IMG/VR virus record: IMGVR_UViG_3300010049_000008
Location: 1-32,017 of that record
Source: a virus
Direction: 5' to 3' (one strand)
DNA: 32,017 bases
A program made the translations under genes and the position numbers. Under the pieces are notes generated by a model. That model saw nothing but the letters and a program-made list of their open reading frames with translations. It had not been told where the DNA came from and ran no database searches. Shown in pieces: positions 20,864-28,252 of the stretch (position 1 is the stretch's first letter; each line of letters opens with the position of its first letter).

Positions 20864-22458
20864 TAGCTTACACGTGTTAAGATTGTTTTACCGTCCTTAA
20901 TTTCTGTTGCCCACGATTCAGCTTGAGTTCCCGCTACGTTTGAGGAGTCGCGTAAGGTGGGTTTGGTGTTTCCTTCGTACAGGGTGCCTTCGGCGGCGTC
21001 TTCGGGTAGCTGGAGTTGTTCTCTTACGGTTTCTGCATCAATTACCCCCGCCATAAACAATTCAAGCAGAGGCCTTGTGAGCGCGGTTAGGTCGGCGGTG
21101 ACTATGGGTTTGAATCGGAATTCTAAGCCGGGGCCAATCCACTGCTTAATTAACTGCTCGTTTATGAGGTCTTCTATGGCTTGCTGGTGAGCTTTCACGT
21201 TGTTTGTGAGAACTTCAAACTTTAGGCCGCCCCACTTAATTTCTCCCTGATTATTTCCTTGCGGGTCAAGAAGAGAACTGGGTACACCCAAACCAAGTAA
21301 TACACGTTCTTTCCAGATGTTTATTAGTTCGGCTATTCCGCGTATTTGACCCTCATTTTTATAAATCTGCTCAATGGTGGTGAATATATCAGTGTATATG
21401 TCGCTGGTTGGGGGAAGAGCAGTCATCTGGGCTTTCCATTTTTGGAACCCGTCCGCAGGCGCAAAGATTGTGTCTTCTACGCCTGATTGTTTCATGTTCC
21501 CGCCATACTTTAGCTGTAGCCTGACATCTGCTCTTTTCTGTACGATAGCTGGCAGATATTGAATCATGAGCAGGTAAGCTTTGAGCGTGTAATATACTTC
21601 TTTGAATGAACTGTAACCATATATGCCTCCAGCCATGTTGTTAAATTTCAATTGATAAATCTGCTCACGATGCAAATAAATATCAGTATACGCCGCAGAT
21701 AAACCCGCCTCTATACTGGAGATGTTCTGTTCCCACGCACGCTGTATGTATGCGTCTGTTTCTATTTCTGCTAATTTCTTGTTGAACATAGATGGATTTT
21801 TTATTACTCGCATGGTTCGTGGGTCAAGTTTTTTGAGACCGTAGAACTCGGTGGCGGGCACCCATTTTATAAGGGTGCGGGCGGCGGCTAACTGAGCCGC
21901 ACCGACAGCTGTGGGAGCGGATTGGTTATTAGTCCACGTGGCCCGGCTGTTATCATTACTTTCGCAGTATCCATTTCCATAAACTATTGCGTCATGCGTC
22001 ATTTCTTTAAATTTGGCTTCTAACTTTTTGTTGTTCCATAATTCCATAAACTTTTCTTTAAGTTTAGTGTCTTTTTTGTCTGCAACAATTAAGTTAAAGC
22101 CATTTTTCCAAACTAAGTTAACGTAAAGTTTAACCATGAATGAGGCTTCAGGACAATTAGCCCGGGTCTGGATATAGTCCCAATAGAACGCCCAGTCATC
22201 CGGCCACCCGAACTGAGGATTATACACACCAAGCGGAAGTAAAGTTTGAGCTTGAGCTATGTCCGCTTGTGTAATTCTTCTACTCGCCAAGGTTGCCGCT
22301 GAAATTCCGGGAGCAAAATAAGCGTCTTTCCCATCAATATTCACACCGGTACCCATCACTCTGTAGGTGTTTTCTTCGCTGAAAGCCGGCAGTTTATTAT
22401 CCCCATAGGCTTGGGCATTGGGAGTTTGTTTGGCTATTACTTTGAAAGGATTGCGCAT
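20863..22458 (-). CDS. Portal protein, 531 aa
   Basis: Size and canonical position, 4 nt downstream of TerL and upstream of the Mu F-like gene. Confidence 0.8.
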   Translation of the reverse strand: MRNPFKVIAKQTPNAQAYGDNKLPAFSEENTYRVMGTGVNIDGKDAYFAPGISAATLASRRITQADIAQAQTLLPLGVYNPQFGWPDDWAFYWDYIQTRANCPEASFMVKLYVNLVWKNGFNLIVADKKDTKLKEKFMELWNNKKLEAKFKEMTHDAIVYGNGYCESNDNSRATWTNNQSAPTAVGAAQLAAARTLIKWVPATEFYGLKKLDPRTMRVIKNPSMFNKKLAEIETDAYIQRAWEQNISSIEAGLSAAYTDIYLHREQIYQLKFNNMAGGIYGYSSFKEVYYTLKAYLLMIQYLPAIVQKRADVRLQLKYGGNMKQSGVEDTIFAPADGFQKWKAQMTALPPTSDIYTDIFTTIEQIYKNEGQIRGIAELINIWKERVLLGLGVPSSLLDPQGNNQGEIKWGGLKFEVLTNNVKAHQQAIEDLINEQLIKQWIGPGLEFRFKPIVTADLTALTRPLLELFMAGVIDAETVREQLQLPEDAAEGTLYEGNTKPTLRDSSNVAGTQAESWATEIKDGKTILTRVS

Positions 22459-22461
22459 ATT

Positions 22462-23910
22462 TTATGACCCGCTTACATAACTATTGGGTGCTGTTTTGTT
22501 TATAAGCTTATTTTCAGCTCCCCCCACATTAGAGCTTGGTGCACGCACACCCCTAAACACATTCTCACAGAGTAACACTACGGCATCAACGGCGTCGTCG
22601 TGAGCATCTTTGGGAAAACTTACCCATTGCTGGGTAAATAATGAGTCTCTAAGTGCTGGATTGATAAGCACTCTCATGGCTTCGAAGTGAGCACTTGCCA
22701 CCGTAAAACGTATCTCCTTATTTGTGTGGGTGTGTACGGGGACGATGGGGTAAGTGGTGCCGTTGGGGTGGGTTCTGAAGTTGGCATGTTTTATCAATAT
22801 TTTCTGCATGAAATTGGCCTCAACATACATTTTTAATGGATTATATTTTTCAAATTCGTTTGGCAGATGAGCTGATAATATTTCAAAATAATCCTTATGT
22901 TCTGCCCATACATTATAGAGATATAACCTATTCTGAAACGCCGAATAACCCCCCGTGGCTATTGCAAAGTAGTCATTTTCTCCTCCTGCTGGGTCAATTG
23001 CCATATATGGTTTTATGTCGGTGGGTGTGTAGGGGCTTAAGTTTGGCTGGGTTGTATCCCAATAATGAAGCCACTCCGCTTTTAGCATATCACCCGTGGC
23101 GGGCAACGGCTGGTTTATATATTGGTTAAAGAATTTGATTGTGCCCAAATCATTTTTACGTTCTAAAAGGGCTTCGATGGGCCAGACTTCCGGCCACAAC
23201 ACTTGAGCGGGTTCACGGCCTGCAAAGTAGGCCTCGCTGTTTTTGATGGCGCTTAAACTTTGAGACGGCCATCCTAAACCATTCTCCGATTTGGGGTTTA
23301 TGAGATTACTGTATAGGTCGTTATTGTGCCATCGGGAACCTATCACAATTATTGCGCCTGTGCTAAACATTGTGGGGAGCAACGCCTCACGAAACCAATC
23401 AAACGCCTTATTTCTTTGGAGTTCGGTGCCGACATTCTCTACATCTATTATGTCGTCACAAATGATGAGGTCAAATCCCTGTCCCGTCAGATTTCCCGAA
23501 CCGTATAGGCCCGAGGCGCTTAGGGTGGGAAATTTACTTATCTGTTTTCGTTCTAAGGTGAAAGCGTTATCGTTCCATTGTTGTGGGTTATCTGGTTTTA
23601 GATTACCAAATACTTCTATGTGACGTTTATCAAATTCAATCCTGCGCCGAACAGCTTTCAAAGTATTAGTAGCCAGAGTGTCAGTTTTTGAGGTTATTAA
23701 TGCGTGTAATTCTGGGAACCGGGAGATTATCCAGCTTAAACAATTAATTGCAAAAACTTCTGATTTAGCATGTTTTCGAGGGCCAAGAAAAACATATTTC
23801 TTGAGCGCCTGCTTATGGTCGGGGAGGGGGCTTATGTGGTTCTGGTTGTTTTGGGGAGAAAATAGGTTATACCAATAGTTTTGATAATCAGCTATGTTTT
23901 GGTAACCCAT
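22462..23910 (-). CDS. terL: Terminase large subunit, 482 aa
   Basis: Walker-A-like FLGPRKHAKS, Walker B FDLIICDD, and C-terminal nuclease acidic motifs MAIDPAGG and HDDAVDAVV. Confidence 0.9.
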   Translation of the reverse strand: MGYQNIADYQNYWYNLFSPQNNQNHISPLPDHKQALKKYVFLGPRKHAKSEVFAINCLSWIISRFPELHALITSKTDTLATNTLKAVRRRIEFDKRHIEVFGNLKPDNPQQWNDNAFTLERKQISKFPTLSASGLYGSGNLTGQGFDLIICDDIIDVENVGTELQRNKAFDWFREALLPTMFSTGAIIVIGSRWHNNDLYSNLINPKSENGLGWPSQSLSAIKNSEAYFAGREPAQVLWPEVWPIEALLERKNDLGTIKFFNQYINQPLPATGDMLKAEWLHYWDTTQPNLSPYTPTDIKPYMAIDPAGGENDYFAIATGGYSAFQNRLYLYNVWAEHKDYFEILSAHLPNEFEKYNPLKMYVEANFMQKILIKHANFRTHPNGTTYPIVPVHTHTNKEIRFTVASAHFEAMRVLINPALRDSLFTQQWVSFPKDAHDDAVDAVVLLCENVFRGVRAPSSNVGGAENKLINKTAPNSYVSGS

Positions 23911-23942
23911 ATATGCGGCGTAAGCTCCCGGATGGGCGTAAG

Positions 23943-24320
23943 CTAAGTTTCGTGCTGTGTATATTCCGCATCAACTATCTGCTGTGAGTCTTGTATTTTC
24001 TTCTGGATGATGGGTAGATTTTCGAGTGTGAAAAGGTCTATAGCAGGGGTTTTTCTCACAGGTTCGGTAGTATCTTTTTGTTCAATTTTTGCGTTGATGA
24101 TTTTCGGTGTGAGAATCCGCAGTAATTCGGCTCGGCGTAGCATGCGGAATAATTCGTTACCACAGTTTTCAATCTCCTCAAGCTGGCGGCGTACTAAGCC
24201 GTCTCGAAATTCTCCGCTTAGGGTGCCATGCATATGCAGGTTTACGGTTGCCGGGGATAAGCTGATTTTATGGTTTTGGTAAAGTTTAGTTTGAATATCC
24301 CGCACAGAAAATCCTTTCAC
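23943..24320 (-). CDS. Small terminase-like DNA-binding protein, 125 aa (by position)
   Basis: GTG start. N-terminal HTH-like FSVRDIQTKLYQNHKISLSPATVNLHM followed by a helical region. Lies directly upstream of TerL. Confidence 0.45.
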   Translation of the reverse strand: MKGFSVRDIQTKLYQNHKISLSPATVNLHMHGTLSGEFRDGLVRRQLEEIENCGNELFRMLRRAELLRILTPKIINAKIEQKDTTEPVRKTPAIDLFTLENLPIIQKKIQDSQQIVDAEYTQHET

Positions 24321-24382
24321 TTGGTAAGAAATGATTAAGAGTTTAGTTTCATTATCAACCTTTTGGTTACCGTGATAGTTAC

Positions 24383-24643
24383 CTATTTCTGATGCACCCC
24401 AATAATCTTCCAGTAAAGCGGTGTGTGAATTATGCGTGCTTTAGGATGCTTCACTCCAGTGGCTTGTTTTTCAGCATCCGCACGGGTCATCTTACAATAA
24501 CGACAAAAATCAGTTGGCAACGGTGGACGGGAACCGACAAGCATCCTTTTTTTTCGCGGCTTAACAATATCTTTGTGTTTCACCATCACAATAGTTTTTC
24601 TGGCAAAGCTGTGATGTGTCTTGGGACAGGGAGAAGAGACCAT
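24383..24643 (-). CDS. Basic 86-aa protein (possibly 67 aa from MVKHKDIV...)
   Basis: Track ORF, Lys/Arg-rich, preceded by two palindromes with TATAAC half-sites. Confidence 0.45.
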   Translation of the reverse strand: MVSSPCPKTHHSFARKTIVMVKHKDIVKPRKKRMLVGSRPPLPTDFCRYCKMTRADAEKQATGVKHPKARIIHTPLYWKIIGVHQK

Positions 24644-24646
24644 AAG

Positions 24647-24661
24647 TATAACAGTGTTATA
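24647..24661 (-). promoter_or_regulatory. 15-bp perfect palindrome TATAACACTGTTATA 3 nt upstream of ATG 24643 (second copy at 11013..11027)
   Basis: The plus strand reads tataacagtgttata at both loci. An adjacent second palindrome, ATATAACC-N5-GGTTATAT, lies at about 24668..24688. Confidence 0.5.
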
Positions 24662-24689
24662 ATAGTCATATAACCGTTATGGTTATATA

Positions 24690-24995
24690 CTACAATACTT
24701 TCAAAACAACATCAGAAACAAGCGTTATTATCATAACAGCCAACCCAGCAACGACTAATTTAAGTTCTTGACTAATTTTCTTATCATGTTGAACCATCAC
24801 CCCCAAACTAATTTTTATCTCCGTTAATTCTTTTGCGAGGGGGCCGTTCATGTTGTCTTCTATTTTCGAAATTCGGTTAGAAGTTTCTTCACATTTACGA
24901 TTAAAATCGGGTATAAAGTGTCTTTGGAAAAAGTTTGAGTGACTCTTTAGCTCTACAACTGAGCGTTCTACAGCATCTATTCTTGTTTCTGTCAT
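24690..24995 (-). CDS. 101-aa coiled-coil protein with C-terminal membrane anchor
   Basis: Track ORF ending in LKLVVAGLAVMIITLVSDVVLKVL, with its own promoter. Confidence 0.6.
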   Translation of the reverse strand: MTETRIDAVERSVVELKSHSNFFQRHFIPDFNRKCEETSNRISKIEDNMNGPLAKELTEIKISLGVMVQHDKKISQELKLVVAGLAVMIITLVSDVVLKVL

Positions 24996-25038
24996 ATCCT
25001 TCCCTATACATTTCAGGGAATAAAAGCTTATAAATAAA
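24996..25038 (-). promoter_or_regulatory. Promoter cassette P7: TTTATTTATAA-N..-ATAGGGAAGGAT-ATG (TATA start 43 nt from the ATG)
   Basis: Same 43-nt TATA-to-ATG spacing as P1/P3/P6, and the same ATAGGGAAGGA leader as P6. Confidence 0.45.
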
Positions 25039-25041
25039 CTT

Positions 25042-25081
25042 GGTGGTTCTGTGCGGGGTGAATAGTCCCCGCGGAACCACC
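25042..25081 (-). terminator. Strong interrupted hairpin (8 + 6 bp stem) right after the stop of the 56-aa ORF
   Basis: GGTGGTTC/GAACCACC and GCGGGG/CCCCGC pair around the loop tgaatagt. On the minus strand the T-rich TTTATTTAT follows. Confidence 0.55.
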
Positions 25082-25083
25082 CT

Positions 25084-25254
25084 TTACAAGGGGGTTATAT
25101 GGATTTTGTCTATGTGTTCTATGATACACCGGAATATAAGGCTATCTTTTTCTTCAACAGGTATATCGAAATTATGGATTATCTCTTCAATGTCTTTCCG
25201 TAAGTTTTCGGTGAAAATAATTTCATAGTTTGCACGTTTCCAACCCATAACCAT
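25084..25254 (-). CDS. 56-aa protein (MVMGWKRANYEIIFTENLRKDIEEIIHNFDIPVEEKDSLIFRCIIEHIDKIHITPL)
   Basis: Hand-translated. Its ATG lies 1 nt after the stop of the wHTH gene. The YEIIFTENLRKDIEEI opening is reminiscent of RelE/ParE-type N-termini, but the protein is too short to call. Confidence 0.45.
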   Translation of the reverse strand: MVMGWKRANYEIIFTENLRKDIEEIIHNFDIPVEEKDSLIFRCIIEHIDKIHITPL

Positions 25255-25255
25255 G

Positions 25256-25609
25256 TTAATCCCTCTCAGTTAAGTTAGTTTTGTCATAATTGAAACGTAC
25301 ACTGCTTATTCGGCTTTCTATACCTGCAATACGTCTATTTAATTCACCTATATACAGGTCAAGTTCTACACCATCTTGGATTAGGTAATATCCATTAGAG
25401 GTTGCTCCTATGGGCAGATAGGTATGTTTAATCAGGAATCGGATGTAGCTTCTTGTTTTGGGATTGGCTTCGCCGTCGTTTATGTCAAGTTTTTCTGCTA
25501 TCTCGGTGCTGGTTATAGGGTTATCTTTTCCGGCGTGTTGTACAAGTAAGTTTTGAAGCTGTCTCAATGTTTGGCCGTCTAAACGGTGTTTAGTTCCTTT
25601 TTTGTTCAT
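25256..25609 (-). CDS. Winged-helix (HTH_11/BirA-like) transcription regulator, 117 aa
   Basis: NPITSTEIAEKLDI...KTRSYIRFLIKHTYLPIGATSNGYYL is a typical wHTH, followed by a helical tail. Start set at the ATG after the conserved leader. Confidence 0.65.
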   Translation of the reverse strand: MNKKGTKHRLDGQTLRQLQNLLVQHAGKDNPITSTEIAEKLDINDGEANPKTRSYIRFLIKHTYLPIGATSNGYYLIQDGVELDLYIGELNRRIAGIESRISSVRFNYDKTNLTERD

Positions 25610-25652
25610 GTTGTTTAACTCCATGTTAACATATACCAAAGTAGTATTTAAA
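25610..25652 (-). promoter_or_regulatory. Promoter cassette P3: TTTAAATAC-N11-ATGTTAACAT-GGAGTTAAACAAC-ATG
   Basis: 35 nt (25606..25640) are identical to P1/P2. TATA-like box at 25644..25652 and palindrome at 25623..25632. Confidence 0.55.
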
Positions 25653-25854
25653 CTTTATCTGGATATGGGAAATGCACTAAATGAGTGTGACCACCTAAAT
25701 CAAGAGACCATCTTAACCAATTTAGAAATCTATATAAAGTTATGCGGTCAGTTTGATTGTAATGCATTTTGTTTAAAAAATAAAAAGCGTTATCATGATA
25801 AACACTTATTCTTTGTTGAGAATAAAAAATGTTTATGGATTCTGAATGTTTCAT
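25648..25854 (-). CDS. Hypothetical protein, 68 aa
   Basis: Track ORF with TAATG overlap to the upstream gene. Its stop codon lies inside the P3 TATA box. Confidence 0.45.
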   Translation of the reverse strand: MKHSESINIFYSQQRISVYHDNAFYFLNKMHYNQTDRITLYRFLNWLRWSLDLGGHTHLVHFPYPDKV

Positions 25855-26102
25855 TACTCCATCAACTCTTTTCTAAAAACCATGCCTAAATGGTAGGTGT
25901 TGTTTGGTTGAGCTTTTGCATAGTTAACATACTCTTGTAGTATTGTTCGCATGCAAGAGAAACATAAATCTTTCTCATATGTTACATAATCGGTATCACC
26001 TGCGGCGTCAGTAAAACTTCCCCCTTTAATATGCATCGTTTTTATTTCGACGTCTTTATTGCATATGTCACAGTATGTTTTAGTTATGGTTTTTGTTACC
26101 AT
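25854..26102 (-). CDS. 82-aa zinc-ribbon protein (CDICNKD...CFSC)
   Basis: Track ORF 25854..26105 trimmed to the ATG. CxxC(33)CxxC pattern. Confidence 0.6.
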   Translation of the reverse strand: MVTKTITKTYCDICNKDVEIKTMHIKGGSFTDAAGDTDYVTYEKDLCFSCMRTILQEYVNYAKAQPNNTYHLGMVFRKELME

Positions 26103-26104
26103 CA

Positions 26105-26332
26105 CTATTCACTCACTACAATTTTATGAATTAACAATATAGATTTAATCATTCGGTCATTAATATTTTCATAACCTCCAAAAATCAAGTCATCTAAAAC
26201 CTGTTTAATCTCCTCAACTCTTAAGGTATCTGACTTTTTCCAGCATTCGTTAATAGCACTCGCATTAAAATCTCCACATCTACCACTAACTTGGCATGTA
26301 TCACATTTTTTATATGGTTTAGTTTCATTCAT
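26105..26332 (-). CDS. 75-aa Cys-containing protein (MNETKPYKKCDTCQVSGRCGD...)
   Basis: Track ORF 26105..26407 trimmed to ATG 26332, which interleaves with the upstream stop (ATGAATGA). Confidence 0.5.
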   Translation of the reverse strand: MNETKPYKKCDTCQVSGRCGDFNASAINECWKKSDTLRVEEIKQVLDDLIFGGYENINDRMIKSILLIHKIVVSE

Positions 26333-26471
26333 TTTTATTTGTCCATCCATCACATTTACCCATTTTATCACGAAGTAAATCAAAGCCACCCATAACAAAA
26401 CAGACAACTTTCACATCTCCCCATTCTTGGGAAGGCTTGCTGAATTTACAATTCTCACAAGTTTCACTCAT
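26325..26471 (-). CDS. 48-aa zinc-ribbon-like micro-protein (MSETCENCKFSKPSQEWGDVKVVCFVMGG...KCDGW)
   Basis: Internal ATG of track ORF 26325..26510, with ATGA overlap to the upstream 55-aa ORF. Confidence 0.45.
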   Translation of the reverse strand: MSETCENCKFSKPSQEWGDVKVVCFVMGGFDLLRDKMGKCDGWTNKNE

Positions 26472-26635
26472 GGCAATACCCTCGTTTCTTTGTTTCCGCA
26501 TATAGTACAAGCAATTATTATTTTCGATGTTGGTGGCCCAAAAATATAAAAAAAGACCACATCAGGATTTGATGATTTACAAAAGTCACATTTAAATTTA
26601 AATTGCTTGAACTCAAGATAGCCGTTCGATGTCAT
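26468..26635 (-). CDS. 55-aa zinc-ribbon micro-protein (MTSNGYLEFKQFKFKCDFCKSSNPDVVFFYIFGPPTSKIIIACTICGNKETRVLP)
   Basis: Hand-translated codon by codon and below the cutoff. CxxC(23)CxxC pattern. ATGA overlaps at both ends. Confidence 0.5.
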   Translation of the reverse strand: MTSNGYLEFKQFKFKCDFCKSSNPDVVFFYIFGPPTSKIIIACTICGNKETRVLP

Positions 26636-26985
26636 GGTTTCTCACTGTTGATTATGTGTTGTATGTCGAGTAATAGCGCTAAATAAACGTGTGGTTCAGT
26701 TTTTTCAGTTAGATTGTAATCTGAGATATCTTTGGCGATTAGTTTTAGTTTTGCGTCTGCGTTTGGCCTATAACATTCTTGTGGTTTTTGGTGCATGGTT
26801 GAGTATGATTCTTGACTGCAACTATACGTATTGCGGTATTTGCATGATTTGCATAAATCTTCTGGTTGTTTTTGTTTATAGTTACTTTTGAACCTGTCTG
26901 GATTAACGTTTAATGCACACATTAAACAAGATGTGCTGGTATTGCAGGGGCCGTGTGTACAGGTTTCACAAGATTCATTAATCAT
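26632..26985 (-). CDS. 117-aa Cys-rich protein
   Basis: Track ORF with CETCTHGPC...CLMC...CKSCKYRNTYSC clusters and ATGA overlap with the upstream gene. Confidence 0.6.
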   Translation of the reverse strand: MINESCETCTHGPCNTSTSCLMCALNVNPDRFKSNYKQKQPEDLCKSCKYRNTYSCSQESYSTMHQKPQECYRPNADAKLKLIAKDISDYNLTEKTEPHVYLALLLDIQHIINSEKP

Positions 26986-27671
26986 AAAAAACCCTCAAGC
27001 TCTGATATAGTTTTATTCAATTTTAATTTTTCTTGGTGCAAACGGTCTATTTCTTCATATAATGCTCTATTTTCTCTGCGTATACTATCTATGAGGTTAT
27101 TTCTTTCGTTTATTGTAGTTTGGGAAACGTTCCAGCCTGTTTTATATTCCTTAAGTTCTCGTTCAAGCTGTACACATCGGTCATGATAAGGCATATCTTG
27201 AGGTGATGTACGTTTAAGAGGTTTGCTTAATCGTTCATTTTCTAACCATAGATTATGATAGTCTTGTTCTAATAATTCATTTTGTGTTTTTAACTTCTTA
27301 TTTTCATCTTTAGCCTGTTGTAGTTGGAAAACTAATGCAGTGAGTCTTTCACCCATATAATCAGCATAATTACTCACCCCTTTTTGGGCCGGATTCAAGT
27401 AACGCTCCATAATAATTCTTACGAATTGAACTTGAAATTGTTCCTGCAGGTAAGTTTGTAGTTGTGTTATGATTTCAATTTGAGTTTTTGCATTAATATT
27501 TATTTTAAGCGTAAATGGGTATTTTTGGTCTATAAACTCTGACTCAAATCTTGAGGATGAGATGTAGTTATCTTTTATATGATTTTTGGTGTCATAACAG
27601 TTATGGCATTTTATCCAGAAATCTTTAACTGAATAATAACAATCATCACAAGGGACATATTTAGTATTCAT
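26982..27671 (-). CDS. 229-aa protein: N-terminal CxxC..CxxC finger plus long coiled coil
   Basis: Track ORF with PCDDCYYSVKDFWIKCHNC followed by about 150 aa of heptad-like charged sequence. Confidence 0.65.
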   Translation of the reverse strand: MNTKYVPCDDCYYSVKDFWIKCHNCYDTKNHIKDNYISSSRFESEFIDQKYPFTLKININAKTQIEIITQLQTYLQEQFQVQFVRIIMERYLNPAQKGVSNYADYMGERLTALVFQLQQAKDENKKLKTQNELLEQDYHNLWLENERLSKPLKRTSPQDMPYHDRCVQLERELKEYKTGWNVSQTTINERNNLIDSIRRENRALYEEIDRLHQEKLKLNKTISELEGFL

Positions 27672-28008
27672 AAAGTTTACAACCTATTTTTGATAAATAC
27701 AACTGACTCGTCAAACTCAACTCAAACTTAGCCTCACGAGGAAACACACCGCCATTAATTTTAATCACATGCTGAATGAGATACAAGTTATCTTTAGCAA
27801 TCTGCCTAAGTTTTTCGTCTAAATCTTTGGGGTTGGTGATGTGGTAGGCGTCAAGCATTTTGGTGTTGAATTGTTGCGTGTATTTCATGGTGCGTTCTAT
27901 GGTTAGTTTGCGTTGTTTTGCGGTTTTAAAACTGAAATGATACCCGGAACTCAATGTTTCCGCGCGGCTTATACCTGTCTTATAAATTTTGTCTGTGTGA
28001 GTTTTCAT
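27661..28008 (-). CDS. Hypothetical protein, 115 aa
   Basis: Track ORF with start context TACAACATG. Confidence 0.6.
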   Translation of the reverse strand: MKTHTDKIYKTGISRAETLSSGYHFSFKTAKQRKLTIERTMKYTQQFNTKMLDAYHITNPKDLDEKLRQIAKDNLYLIQHVIKINGGVFPREAKFELSLTSQLYLSKIGCKLYEY

Positions 28009-28037
28009 GTTGTATCAAAAAAAGTAAAGGGAATAAC

Positions 28038-28247
28038 CTATTTAGGTTTTTCGGAGGGAAACAATCCCGCAATAATAACCACGGTTAACACAAGAGCAAA
28101 AAATAAGGCTAAGCCTCCTAAAAAGTAATCCCAGCCATTAATAGTATAATTCCACAAGTATTGAAGCGCCCAACCTAAAATAAGGTTGATGAATGCAAAG
28201 CAGACAGATGTTAGTAATCCTGCGGTTAAACTTTTTCGCAAAGTCAA
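28038..28247 (-). CDS. 69-aa two-TM membrane protein (TTG start)
   Basis: Track ORF with two long hydrophobic segments. Confidence 0.5.
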   Translation of the reverse strand: MTLRKSLTAGLLTSVCFAFINLILGWALQYLWNYTINGWDYFLGGLALFFALVLTVVIIAGLFPSEKPK

Positions 28248-28252
28248 GTTAT

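Noticed and set aside
25040-25228. 62-aa plus-strand ORF
   Set aside because: It starts inside the terminator hairpin and is antisense to a better 56-aa minus-strand ORF (25084..25254) that is coupled to the wHTH gene.
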